Source: Arcobacteraceae bacterium (GTDB lineage Bacteria > Campylobacterota > Campylobacteria > Campylobacterales > Arcobacteraceae). From it: a stretch of DNA of 64,000 bases. A model generated the notes under the pieces. The model made no database searches and was not told where the DNA came from. It worked only from the letters and a program-made list of their open reading frames with translations. Positions 10,185 to 20,097 of the stretch are shown here, piece after piece. The stretch is taken from positions 32,001 to 96,000 of the forward strand of contig JBLWVX010000004.1 in assembly GCA_048268245.1 (NCBI GenBank), in the 5' to 3' direction. The position numbers and the translations under genes are program-made. The first letter of the stretch is position 1. Each line of letters opens with the position of its first letter.

Positions 10185-11701
10185 TGGATGGTATATTTCA
10201 AGGGGTAAGTACTGCCCTTTCAGGTTACAATATTTTTATGGTAGCAATTGGTTGTTTTGCAGGTACTTTTATTGGAATGCTTCCAGGTTTAGGACCTATT
10301 TCAGCTATTGCACTTATGATTCCTATCACTTATGGTATGGATCCAGCTTCTGGACTTATTTTAATTGCAGGTGTTTATTATGGTGCTATTTTTGGTGGTT
10401 CAACTTCATCAATTTTAATCAATGCCCCAGGTGTTGCAGGAACTGTTGCTAGTTCATTTGATGGTTATCCAATGGCTAAAAAAGGTCAAGCAGGTAAAGC
10501 CTTAGCAATTGCTGCTTATGCTTCTTTTACAGGTGGAACAATCGCTGCTGTATTTTTACTTATAGCAGCCCCAGCACTAGCAAGTGTAAGTTTAAGTTTC
10601 CAGTCATCTGATTACTTTGCTTTAATGGTATTAGGCTTAACTGCTGTTGCTGCTTTTGCAGGAAAAGGAAAGTTTTTAAAAGCTGCCATTATGACAATAT
10701 TTGGTCTTATGTTGGCAACTGTTGGAACAGATAGTGATTCAGGTATTGCTAGATTTACTTTTGGTAGATTAGATTTAATTGATGGTATTTCATTTTTACT
10801 TTTAGCTATGGCAGCCTTTGCTTTATCAGAAGCACTTATGAATGTACTTGAGAATAAAGAACCTAGTGATAAAGAAAAAGAAGAACTTAAAAAAGATATA
10901 GGCTCATTAAAACTTACAAAATCAGAAGTTAAGGAGATGGTTCCAACTGTTGGTAGATCTTCTGTTCTTGGTTTCTTTGTTGGAGTTCTTCCAGGAGCAG
11001 GTGCTACTATTGCTTCTTTTTTAGCTTATGGAATGGAAAGAAGTTTTGCAAAAGCAAAAGAAAAACTTACATTTGGAAAAGGAAATATAAAAGGTTTAGC
11101 AGCTCCTGAAAGTGCAAATAATGCTGCTTGTTCAGGTTCATTTGTACCTTTATTAACTTTAGGTATACCAGGGTCTGGTACAACTGCTATTATTTTAGGT
11201 GCGTTAATCTCTTATGGAATTCAACCAGGACCTACAATGTATGTGGATAACCCTGCCCTATTTTGGTCAGTAATTATCTCTATGTATATTGGAAATATTG
11301 TTCTTTTAATTTTAAATTTACCGTTAATTCCTTATATCGCTAAGTTATTAACATTACCAAGACAGCTGTTGTTACCACTTATTATATTCTTCTCATTAAT
11401 TGGGGTTTATTTAGTGACATTTAACAACTTTGATATTTATATGATGACTATCTTTGCTGTTGTTGCATTGTTTTTAAGACTTATTGATTACCCTATGGCA
11501 CCTATGATTTTAGGATTTATTTTAGGTGGAATGATGGAAGATAATCTTAGACGTGCACTTACTATTAGTGATGGTTCATTATCATTTTTATGGGAGAGAC
11601 CTATTACTTTAAGTATTTTGATAATTACTGTTTTAATTTTATTTATGCCAGTAATTAGTGAGTTTTTCGCTAAAATAAAAGAAAAAAGAAAAGAGGCTTA
11701 G
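10181..11701 (+). CDS. tctA: Tripartite tricarboxylate transporter large permease
   Basis: GMLPGLG, GGSTSSILINAPG, APESANNA, LTLGIPGS. Confidence 0.95.
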   Translation: MMDGIFQGVSTALSGYNIFMVAIGCFAGTFIGMLPGLGPISAIALMIPITYGMDPASGLILIAGVYYGAIFGGSTSSILINAPGVAGTVASSFDGYPMAKKGQAGKALAIAAYASFTGGTIAAVFLLIAAPALASVSLSFQSSDYFALMVLGLTAVAAFAGKGKFLKAAIMTIFGLMLATVGTDSDSGIARFTFGRLDLIDGISFLLLAMAAFALSEALMNVLENKEPSDKEKEELKKDIGSLKLTKSEVKEMVPTVGRSSVLGFFVGVLPGAGATIASFLAYGMERSFAKAKEKLTFGKGNIKGLAAPESANNAACSGSFVPLLTLGIPGSGTTAIILGALISYGIQPGPTMYVDNPALFWSVIISMYIGNIVLLILNLPLIPYIAKLLTLPRQLLLPLIIFFSLIGVYLVTFNNFDIYMMTIFAVVALFLRLIDYPMAPMILGFILGGMMEDNLRRALTISDGSLSFLWERPITLSILIITVLILFMPVISEFFAKIKEKRKEA

Positions 11702-11729
11702 AAGCTTCTTTTCTTTACATGGATTTATC

Positions 11730-12416
11730 ATGGAAAAGTTTAAAGAATACACAATACTATATATTGAAGATGATGAAGGTGTTCGAACTGTAAACTCAAG
11801 ATTTTTAACTCGAATGTTTTATAAACTTTATGAAGCAAAAAATGGAGAAGAAGGTTTTGAACTTTATAAAAAACATCAACCAGATATAATTCTAACAGAT
11901 ATAAATATGCCAAAACTAAATGGCATAGAACTTGCAAAAAAAATAAGAAAAACAGATAAGAATACAAAAATCATAATCTCTACAGCCTTTAGTGATAAAG
12001 ACTATTTATTGGAAGCTATTGAGCTTAGTCTAGAAAAATATATAATCAAACCACTCACAAGTAGAAACTTACTTCCGGCTCTTACAAAAGCAGTAGAAGC
12101 TTTAGAAAAAACAAAAGAAAAAAAGATATATCTTGATGAAAACTTCTACTTTGATAATACAACATCACTTTTTTATATGGATGATAAAGTTCTTAATTTA
12201 ACAAAAAAAGAGCTACTATTTTTAAAGCTTTTAGTTACAAACAAAAATAGAGTTGTAAACTATGAGGAGATTGAACAGTATGTTTGGGAAGATGAACCTA
12301 TGAGTTTAAATTCACTTCGTACTAGTATTGGATTTTTGAGGAAAAAGATTCCTTTTAATTGTATAAAAAACATATCAAATATGGGGTATAAACTAAATCT
12401 TGAAAAAAAACTATGA
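11730..12416 (+). CDS. OmpR-family response regulator, probably regulating tct
   Basis: YIEDD, DIILTDINMPKLNG, KP and C-terminal winged helix. Confidence 0.9.
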   Translation: MEKFKEYTILYIEDDEGVRTVNSRFLTRMFYKLYEAKNGEEGFELYKKHQPDIILTDINMPKLNGIELAKKIRKTDKNTKIIISTAFSDKDYLLEAIELSLEKYIIKPLTSRNLLPALTKAVEALEKTKEKKIYLDENFYFDNTTSLFYMDDKVLNLTKKELLFLKLLVTNKNRVVNYEEIEQYVWEDEPMSLNSLRTSIGFLRKKIPFNCIKNISNMGYKLNLEKKL

Positions 12417-14565
12417 GGAAAATGTAGAACAAAGAATCAAAAAAATCACGCTTCTTAGTTCTACTATTATCATATTACTTGTTGCTACTATTATAGGCTC
12501 AAATCTAATAAAAACAGAATATGACAACTTTAAAAGTCATATCAAAAACTTCAAAGACACTATAATAGATAGAGAGAAGTTCTACATAAAGACTGCCATA
12601 GAAAATTTAAGAAATGATATTGAGTTTGAGAGACTTTCTATTTTAAATAGTAAAAAACAAAGAATTAAAAATCAATCTATTATTGCCCATAACCTTGCCA
12701 CTTCTCTTTATGAAAACTCAAAAAACCTATCCAGAGAAGAACAAAAAAAGTTGATTATCTCTTCTATTAGACAAATATCTCAAAAACAAAATGACATTCA
12801 CTATTTTATCTATGATATAAATGGAAATTTACTTTTAAATACTGAAAACCCAAGAAATGAAGGAGTGAATTTTTTAGATTTTGAAGATATAAACGGTGTA
12901 AGGTTTATAAATGAGATGATTAATGCAAAGGAAAATAAACAAAACTATGTTGAATATTTTTGGTACAAACCAAACAAAAGAATCACTTATTCAAGACATA
13001 TAAAAGAGCTTGGTCTTATTATAGGTTCTGCTTCTTTTTTAGAGAGTAGAAAAGAGGAATTAAAAGAAAAACTTTTAAAAAAAATAATACTTCAAAACTT
13101 TAATGAAGAAGAGTTTTTATTTATATACAAGCTAAATAGCTTAAATAATATCACCACTAAAAGTAATTTACTTATTGAAAAAAATATACAAACCTCAAAA
13201 GATGAGCTTCAAGCAGTTGAAAAACTAATGATAAAATCAGACTACAAAGGAAATGACTACCTCATCTATGATAACAATCAAAAAGTTTTTTATGGAACTT
13301 TTCTTACAAATCTTAGATATTTTATGGCTGTGGGAGTTAAACTATCTCAAATCTATAATATCGTAGAAAAAGAAAGAGTAATATCTTTGGATAATATGTA
13401 TAAAAATATCATCAAACTTTTTATTATTATAACTATTATGACTATAGTATTTTTTATTTTTTCAATATACTTTACAAAAAAGATTGAACAGCTTTTTGAG
13501 AAATACAAAAGAAAAGTAATAAGAAATGAACAAAGATTTAGACTTCTTTTTAACCACACAAATGATGCTTTTATCATTTCAGAGTTATCAAAAGATTCTG
13601 CAAAAGTATCAAGCTTCAATGATACAGCACTTGAAGTTACTAAATATGAAAAAGATGAACTAGTAAATAAAGAGTTCTTTGAACTATTTGTAAATCTTGA
13701 TATGAAAGCCCTTGAAGAAGATAAATCACTATTTAAAACAGTAGAGCTTAAAACAAAAAAAGGAGATATAAAAACCATAGAATTAAATATCATCATATAC
13801 TCATATGACAATGAAAACCTTCTTTTCGCATCACTTCGAGATATAACTGAGAGAACCTTACTTAAAAAAGAGAATGAGAAACAAGAAAACCTACTAATTC
13901 AGCGTTCAAAAATGGCAGCTATGGGAGAGATGATAGGGAATATCGCCCATCAATGGAGACAGCCCCTATCTCAAATCTCAGGACTTTTCTTCGATATAGA
14001 ATCTGCATATGACTTTAAAGAGCTTAATAAAAACTATCTTACAAAAAGAGTAGATGAAGCAAACGATATACTTGAATATATGTCAAGAACTATTGATGAC
14101 TTTAGAAACTTCTTTAATCCAAACTCTATAAAAGAAGAGTTTAGTATACAAGAAGCAGTTACAAATGCTCTAAAGATAGTAAACTCAACTCTAAACTATC
14201 ATAATATACAAATAGATATACAAGTAAATCAAGACCTTAAAATAAATGGCTATAAAAATGAATATGCCCAAGCAGTAGTAAATATAATCTCAAATGCAAA
14301 AGATATTTTAATGGAGAGAAAAATACAAGACCCACTAATAAAGATCTATATAAGAGATAAAAACACTCTATGTATAGAAGATAATGCAGGTGGGGTAAAT
14401 AAAGAGATTATAGATAAAATATTTGACCCTTACTTTACTACTAAGTTTGACTATGGAACTGGTATTGGGCTATATATGACAAAACTTATTATAGAAGAGA
14501 AAATGAATGGAACTATAGAAGTTGAAAACTCTGAAAATGGTGCTATTTTTTGTATCGAAGTTTAA
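12400..14565 (+). CDS. Cache/PAS sensor histidine kinase
   Basis: TM-Cache-TM-PAS layout; IAHQWRQPL H-box, DNAGG, PYFTTK, GTGIGLY. Confidence 0.9.
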   Translation: MKKNYEENVEQRIKKITLLSSTIIILLVATIIGSNLIKTEYDNFKSHIKNFKDTIIDREKFYIKTAIENLRNDIEFERLSILNSKKQRIKNQSIIAHNLATSLYENSKNLSREEQKKLIISSIRQISQKQNDIHYFIYDINGNLLLNTENPRNEGVNFLDFEDINGVRFINEMINAKENKQNYVEYFWYKPNKRITYSRHIKELGLIIGSASFLESRKEELKEKLLKKIILQNFNEEEFLFIYKLNSLNNITTKSNLLIEKNIQTSKDELQAVEKLMIKSDYKGNDYLIYDNNQKVFYGTFLTNLRYFMAVGVKLSQIYNIVEKERVISLDNMYKNIIKLFIIITIMTIVFFIFSIYFTKKIEQLFEKYKRKVIRNEQRFRLLFNHTNDAFIISELSKDSAKVSSFNDTALEVTKYEKDELVNKEFFELFVNLDMKALEEDKSLFKTVELKTKKGDIKTIELNIIIYSYDNENLLFASLRDITERTLLKKENEKQENLLIQRSKMAAMGEMIGNIAHQWRQPLSQISGLFFDIESAYDFKELNKNYLTKRVDEANDILEYMSRTIDDFRNFFNPNSIKEEFSIQEAVTNALKIVNSTLNYHNIQIDIQVNQDLKINGYKNEYAQAVVNIISNAKDILMERKIQDPLIKIYIRDKNTLCIEDNAGGVNKEIIDKIFDPYFTTKFDYGTGIGLYMTKLIIEEKMNGTIEVENSENGAIFCIEV

Positions 14566-14599
14566 ATTTGATTTTTCTTACATTTTATTTTATTACTAT
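14565..14599 (+). promoter_or_regulatory. Second copy of the tctC-type regulator box plus -10
   Basis: AATTTGATTTTTCTTACATTTT then TACTAT at 14594. Confidence 0.5.
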
Positions 14600-14770
14600 T
14601 ACTTTATGAGTATTATAGAAGAGTAAGTATTTAACCTAATACCTCCAAATATACCTATCCTGTGACTAGGAATAAATACTTCAACCCATTTTTTTTGCTT
14701 CCTCCTTTTGGGAATTGAAGTTTTTATTTACTACAATTTCTATAATACTTTTATCTACAATAGGAACAGC

Positions 14771-15814
14771 ATGCCAAACTCACATAATTTATATAAGATG
14801 TTATTAGCTTTAGGAATTAGTGTTTGTGGTTCTATTGTATTTATTTATTTGGGTTTACCTTTGCCTTGGCTTTTAGGAGCTATCTTTGCTTCTTCTGTTG
14901 CTATGAGGTTTGAAAAACTTCCTATATTAAGCCCTAAGCCTTTTTCTACTCCTGCTAGAATACTTATAGGTCTTACTATAGGAAGTGCTTTTACTCCTGA
15001 GATATTGCAGTATATTGATGTATATTTTTATAGTTTACTTCTTGTGATACCTTTTACTATTTTAACTATTATTTGTGGGATGTATTACTATTATAGATTT
15101 CAAGGTTTTGATAAAAAGACTGCTTATCTAAGCTCCATGCCAGGTGGTGTAATAGAGATGGTAATCATAGCTGAAGAGATAAAAGCAAATATCTCAAAAA
15201 TCACTTTGGTTCAATCATCAAGGCTTTTCTTTATAGTAGTTACTTTACCTTTTGTAATACAGTATATCTTCAAAGTAGATATAAGTGGAAATAAGCTAAT
15301 CACACAACCAATAACTACTATAAATATCCCTGAGTTTTTAGCTTTGGTTTTTATAGGTGTAGCAGGTGGAGTAATAGCTAAAAAGATAAAACTATCAGCT
15401 GCATATCTAATAGGCCCTATGATAGCAAGTATAGCTGTTCACTCTACAGGAGTTATCACAACAACAGTACCTGATGAGTTTTTGAAGTTTGTACAAGTAG
15501 TATTTGGTACAATCATAGGGTTTACTTTTAGAGGTGTAAAGATGAAGACTATCATCTCAATACTAATAGGAACTTTTGGACATTTTATCATACTAGCTTT
15601 AATATCAAGTATCTTTATTAGTATCGCTTACTTTAGTTTTGGTTTTCCTATCATCTCTACAATCCTAGCATTTAGTCCAGGTGGACAAGCCGAACTAAAC
15701 CTAATAGCAATACTAGTAGGTGCAAATGTACCTTATATAACCCTACACCATATAGTAAGACTTTTTATAGTGATGAATATAGCACCTATTTTTGCTAAGA
15801 GGTTGAAAGATTAG
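14771..15814 (+). CDS. AbrB-family membrane protein (duplicated membrane domain, often next to tct genes)
   Basis: LPLPWLLG, SSMPGG and FSPGG repeated motifs; ATG at 14771 with AGGA RBS. Confidence 0.85.
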   Translation: MPNSHNLYKMLLALGISVCGSIVFIYLGLPLPWLLGAIFASSVAMRFEKLPILSPKPFSTPARILIGLTIGSAFTPEILQYIDVYFYSLLLVIPFTILTIICGMYYYYRFQGFDKKTAYLSSMPGGVIEMVIIAEEIKANISKITLVQSSRLFFIVVTLPFVIQYIFKVDISGNKLITQPITTINIPEFLALVFIGVAGGVIAKKIKLSAAYLIGPMIASIAVHSTGVITTTVPDEFLKFVQVVFGTIIGFTFRGVKMKTIISILIGTFGHFIILALISSIFISIAYFSFGFPIISTILAFSPGGQAELNLIAILVGANVPYITLHHIVRLFIVMNIAPIFAKRLKD

Positions 15815-15818
15815 ATTG

Positions 15819-16814
15819 TCATTTATTTATTTGGTAGTTAACTCTTTTTAATCTCTCTTTATATTTTTCTAAATAGAATACTTTACCTTCATCCGACAAA
15901 AAGGAAGCATTTATCAAATCTTCTACTTTAGTTATACTTGAATTTAGTTGAGTTAGGATTTTGTTAAATCTTTTTTCACTTATACCTAGATAAGTAGCAA
16001 ACAATTTAAAATCATAAAAAGTATAATATCCAACTTGTTCAAAAACATCTGAATAATCATCAAGCAAAGCTAATGCAGTATCTCCATATTTTTCATTTAC
16101 ATGAAATCTTGTATTTAACAAATCATAATTTGGAGTCAATCTATAATCAACACTATCTGGCAAACTATACAATGAAAAGTTCTTTAAATGAGCATCGCCA
16201 TTAGCTATGAGATAGTTAAGTAATATTCTTTTAAAAAAATCTTCTAATGTAACTATTGATGCAGGAACATTAAGCTTTATTGCATTTGCACAATCTAAAT
16301 AAGTTTTAGCTTCATATTTATAATCAGCACCATCTTTTGCAGAATTTACATCTAATATTGATGCAAAATCTTCTTGATCATATTTCGTCCCATCTTTTGT
16401 ATAATCGAACCTTTTTGTTATATATGCAAGTTCACCATCTCTAAAAGGTATAACTGCACAATTTGCAGTATCTATCTTAAAAATCTTTTTTGATATTAAC
16501 ATTGAAAGATGTTCATTTACAGCTACATCTTCTTGGTTTTTTATTTGATGACTCATAGGACCTGGTTTTAAAATATAACTTCCATTTGTAGCAGTTACTT
16601 TTAGTCTATTATCATTGAAAGTTAATGAAAGTTTATCTTGTACACCAGAAATTGACATTCTATGAGCTAATTCATTTCTTTGTATATAAAAATCTTTTTT
16701 ATCAAAATCTAATGGCTCAGGTATAACTCCTCCAAAGACCTCATCGATACATTTTTTACAATAAAATTGACTTTTTAGTTTTTTTTCTTCTAAGCAAGCA
16801 TAACATTTAGGCAT
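15819..16814 (-). CDS. HipA-family kinase toxin (HipT-like)
   Basis: SISGVQDK Gly-rich loop, NEHL, ITKRFD, QEDF, NGDAHLKNFS, TPNYDLL. Confidence 0.9.
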   Translation of the reverse strand: MPKCYACLEEKKLKSQFYCKKCIDEVFGGVIPEPLDFDKKDFYIQRNELAHRMSISGVQDKLSLTFNDNRLKVTATNGSYILKPGPMSHQIKNQEDVAVNEHLSMLISKKIFKIDTANCAVIPFRDGELAYITKRFDYTKDGTKYDQEDFASILDVNSAKDGADYKYEAKTYLDCANAIKLNVPASIVTLEDFFKRILLNYLIANGDAHLKNFSLYSLPDSVDYRLTPNYDLLNTRFHVNEKYGDTALALLDDYSDVFEQVGYYTFYDFKLFATYLGISEKRFNKILTQLNSSITKVEDLINASFLSDEGKVFYLEKYKERLKRVNYQINK

Positions 16815-17148
16815 TGTCTGTTCCTTTTATTACTTCTTTTATAGTAATTGAACCTATGGTATTTTCTTTTGCTGTTTTTAATAATCTACTAAAATCATCA
16901 TCTTTATCTAATCTTAACTGTTTACATTGAAGATCTTTCATATCACCCTCACAAAGCATATTTGAGAAAAAAGAGAATAAATAATCAGATACATACTCTT
17001 CTTCACGCAATTTTAGGTTTATACTTATAGATTTTGCATTATCACTGTTTAGATAACTCTTATCATATTTAAAATAGTATTTATTATCTTTATCTCTTTT
17101 TATAAGACCTACGAATTTATTATTGCGATACACTTTTCCTATTTGCAT
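16807..17148 (-). CDS. HipA N-terminal-domain protein (HipS-like antitoxin)
   Basis: YYFKYD..Y, SISINL, FFSNMLCEG, TIGSITI. Confidence 0.88.
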   Translation of the reverse strand: MQIGKVYRNNKFVGLIKRDKDNKYYFKYDKSYLNSDNAKSISINLKLREEEYVSDYLFSFFSNMLCEGDMKDLQCKQLRLDKDDDFSRLLKTAKENTIGSITIKEVIKGTDNA

Positions 17149-17360
17149 TAGTTAGTCCTTTTTATGATAACTAAATCGAGTGTTAATCCAAGAGGAATTA
17201 GAAGTTTTTCAACAGTCTTGATAGTTGGGTTAGCCTTTCCTGTTTCAATTCTTGATATTGTTGCTTCTGTTATACCACTGTATTCACTTAAATCTTCAAT
17301 ATTTAGTTTGAGTTCTTTTCTTCTTATTGCGATTTTTTTACCTATATCTTTTAATAACAT
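17148..17360 (-). CDS. XRE/HTH regulator (HipB-like)
   Basis: RRKELKLNIEDLSEYSGI..ATISRIETGKANPT; overlaps the hipS-like start. Confidence 0.88.
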   Translation of the reverse strand: MLLKDIGKKIAIRRKELKLNIEDLSEYSGITEATISRIETGKANPTIKTVEKLLIPLGLTLDLVIIKRTN

Positions 17361-17474
17361 GACTTTTCCCTACTAAACTTAATAGTAACTTTTATTTTAT
17401 ATTATAATATAATTTATCAGAATTTTTATTTAGATAAACTTAAAAATAGCTTTTATTTTATACTATAATATAAT

Positions 17475-18434
17475 CTAGATTAAATCCAACTCTTCACTTA
17501 TATCTTTGATTAGTTTTGAAAATGGCTTTTTTGATAGGTCTTCATTTTCTTCTATTAGGTTAAATATATCTTTTTTTATTTGTTGAAAAGGAATACCTGT
17601 TAAGTCTTGTAGCTCTTTTAATCTACTATCAGGATAAAGCTCTGCTTTTTCTATCATGTCATAAACTATATCTTTGTGGGCTTTGTATCTTTCATTTAAT
17701 TTAAAAACTTCTATATACTTTTCATACTCTTTTGAAAACTGCTCTTTCAATCTTATCTCAATATCATCTTTATCTTTTACATGTAAATTTTTACAGTTTT
17801 TATCTAAGTATAATTTGAACTTTACTTTTTCGTGAAATTTAAACTCTTCACTATTTGGAACAATAGTACTTATCATATTTTCACTACCTTTTACTTTTTT
17901 AGAGTTACAAGTGGCACATGAAGGAATAAGATTATAAAAAGACAAGGCTAAATATGGATAAGTTCCCTTATCATAAAAGTGGTCTAACTGAAAAGTAGAA
18001 GTGTATACACCTTTTTGTTTCTCAAAGTTTGTAATAAAATCTTTGTTGCAATAAAAGCAAGTTTTAAAATCAAAGTTATCTGTGAAAAATGGTGTGATTA
18101 CATCAGCTTGAAACTTAGCTTCGTATTTAAATAAATCTTTTACTTTTTTATATAAATTCTTTTTTTTCTTTTCTGTTAATCTAAAAATTTTATTCTCTAT
18201 ATCAGCTACTATATCTTTTAGACTATCACTCTTTGCTAATACAATATCTTCTAAACTGTAAGATTTAAATACATCCTTAAAAGTACCAGTAGTTTTTATA
18301 TATCTTTTATACCTATTTTCTAAAGACTCACCATTTTTACTATTAAACTTACTTTTATTTAAAGATGTGAAATACTCTTTTTTTATATCAAAATCTTTAT
18401 ATTTTAAATAGTTTTCATAATTTAGATTAGTCAT
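17475..18434 (-). CDS. HNH endonuclease (PtuB/Septu-like)
   Basis: CFYCN...LDHFYDKGTYPYLALSFYNLIPSCATCN Zn-HNH motif. Confidence 0.85.
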   Translation of the reverse strand: MTNLNYENYLKYKDFDIKKEYFTSLNKSKFNSKNGESLENRYKRYIKTTGTFKDVFKSYSLEDIVLAKSDSLKDIVADIENKIFRLTEKKKKNLYKKVKDLFKYEAKFQADVITPFFTDNFDFKTCFYCNKDFITNFEKQKGVYTSTFQLDHFYDKGTYPYLALSFYNLIPSCATCNSKKVKGSENMISTIVPNSEEFKFHEKVKFKLYLDKNCKNLHVKDKDDIEIRLKEQFSKEYEKYIEVFKLNERYKAHKDIVYDMIEKAELYPDSRLKELQDLTGIPFQQIKKDIFNLIEENEDLSKKPFSKLIKDISEELDLI

Positions 18435-20097
18435 TGTCTAAAAACTTTCTTACAGTATCTTCTCCAAACTCTTCAACTAACATTTTTAATTTTTTTTGTT
18501 TATAGTTTTCTTTATCAAATATCTCTTCAAGCTCATCTAAATAGTTTTTTATAACTTTTTGTAAAAATTGTTCTCCTATGATAGAAGCTATATAATCAAA
18601 CTCTTTTTTATTTAATTTATAATATTTTTCAACTCTTAAATGAACTTTTTCTTTTGAAAATATCTTATCTTTATACTTAGTTGTAAAATCATAAAACCTT
18701 TTTATTCGCTCAATCTTACTCTTTGCAAATTCACCCATAAGCCCATCTTTCATAAAAAAGCCATGAGAGAGTAAAGTATGAATATTTGCTCCAAAAGTAT
18801 TAAAATCTTTCATTTTGTCAGTTGCATTTATACAGTTTCCTGTTTCTTCATCTTTTTCTAAGAATATTACATTTTCTTTTGGAATATCTGAAAGAATAAA
18901 AGGTGAATGAGAAGATACAATAACATGTAAATTCTTTGCTAATTGATTTTCTTTTATAAAATTAAGAATAATCTTTAAAATTCGTTTTTGCCAATTTGGA
19001 TGAAGGTATAATTCGACTTCATCAAAAAGTAATAAATTATCTTTATTACTAAATCGACTTATCATTAAATCTATTTTTTGTAAATAAAACAAAATAGTTT
19101 TTTCACCTGAACTCAAACTTATACTTTTACCTTCATTTGTTTGAAAGGTTAATTCAAACTTATCTTCCAAATTTTTTGAAGATACTAATTTAAAAAAATT
19201 ATTAAACTGTTCAGTTCCTATAATTAAATTGTCATTTTCAACAATAGTAAGTATTTCATCAATAATATTAGGAATAGTTGAATCTATAACTCTTGTTTCA
19301 TCACCATTAGGAGTATTAGAAACTTTAATATTTTCCAAATCTTTTTTGATATATTTAACGTTAATACAATTTGGTTGGGTTATCTTAAATTCTTTAAAAA
19401 ATAATTTTTTATATTTATCATCTCTCAATAAATAACTTATTGCATATGTTTGTAAAAAGTTAAATTGAGAGAGTTGAAAATTTGAAAAAGTTTGATAGAA
19501 ATTTGTTCTATGATAATTATTTTTAATATCATTTTTTTCATATATACCATAATACTTAATAGGGTCTTTTGGACTTTCAGAATCATTTTTAATAATACCA
19601 TCTCGTTCTAAATGAGATATGTTTAAATAGTTAATATCAAAATGTTCTTCTAAAGCAACTTTGTAATTTCTTATGCCTTTATCAAGACTTCCATCTATTA
19701 CTCTTATTGGAATATTTTTTTCAACTGCTATATCTTTTTCTAATAGTTTAATATTATTCGAATAACAGATATTACTACTACCATCATTTAAAACATAAAA
19801 ATAGTTAAATTGTTCATTATTATTTAACCTTAATATATTTGAAAATATTTCAAATACACTACTCTTCCCACTACCATTCTCCCCAACAATAGCAGTTACA
19901 TTAATATTTTCAGGAAAGATACTTACATAGTCTTCATTTTTTTCTATTATAAGTTCACAATCATCTTCTAAAACTTCATTTCCATCTTTATCTTTTTCAT
20001 ATTCATCTTTAAACTCACACCTAAACCTAGGAGAGAAATTAAACCCTTGTCTTTTTATATTTTTATACTCTTCTACCCACAGATATACTAGTTCCAT
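18427..20097 (-). CDS. ABC-type ATPase (PtuA/Septu-like)
   Basis: Walker A GENGSGKS, signature LSSGE, Walker B LLLFDEVE..LHPNWQ, SSHSPF; 8-bp overlap with the HNH gene. Confidence 0.88.
   Translation of the reverse strand: MELVYLWVEEYKNIKRQGFNFSPRFRCEFKDEYEKDKDGNEVLEDDCELIIEKNEDYVSIFPENINVTAIVGENGSGKSSVFEIFSNILRLNNNEQFNYFYVLNDGSSNICYSNNIKLLEKDIAVEKNIPIRVIDGSLDKGIRNYKVALEEHFDINYLNISHLERDGIIKNDSESPKDPIKYYGIYEKNDIKNNYHRTNFYQTFSNFQLSQFNFLQTYAISYLLRDDKYKKLFFKEFKITQPNCINVKYIKKDLENIKVSNTPNGDETRVIDSTIPNIIDEILTIVENDNLIIGTEQFNNFFKLVSSKNLEDKFELTFQTNEGKSISLSSGEKTILFYLQKIDLMISRFSNKDNLLLFDEVELYLHPNWQKRILKIILNFIKENQLAKNLHVIVSSHSPFILSDIPKENVIFLEKDEETGNCINATDKMKDFNTFGANIHTLLSHGFFMKDGLMGEFAKSKIERIKRFYDFTTKYKDKIFSKEKVHLRVEKYYKLNKKEFDYIASIIGEQFLQKVIKNYLDELEEIFDKENYKQKKLKMLVEEFGEDTVRKFLDND

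Noticed and set aside
3474..13811. Short antisense or alternate-frame ORFs inside long genes (e.g. 3474-3758, 4357-4656, 6693-6995, 8645-8923, 10174-10452, 13353-13811; likewise 53268-53693 and others later)
   Set aside because: They overlap well-supported genes, show no motifs and are expected by chance.
14708..14770. Upstream start extensions in the ORF track (14708 TTG; likewise 20128 and 9681)
   Set aside because: Downstream ATGs at 14771, 20263 and 9699 have RBS-like sequences, and the extensions run through hairpin or promoter DNA.
17398..17438. HipB-type operator (TTTATC-n14-GATAAA) upstream of the HTH gene
   Set aside because: A single short AT-rich inverted repeat whose spacing differs from the known TATCC-n8-GGATA; not distinguishable from chance.
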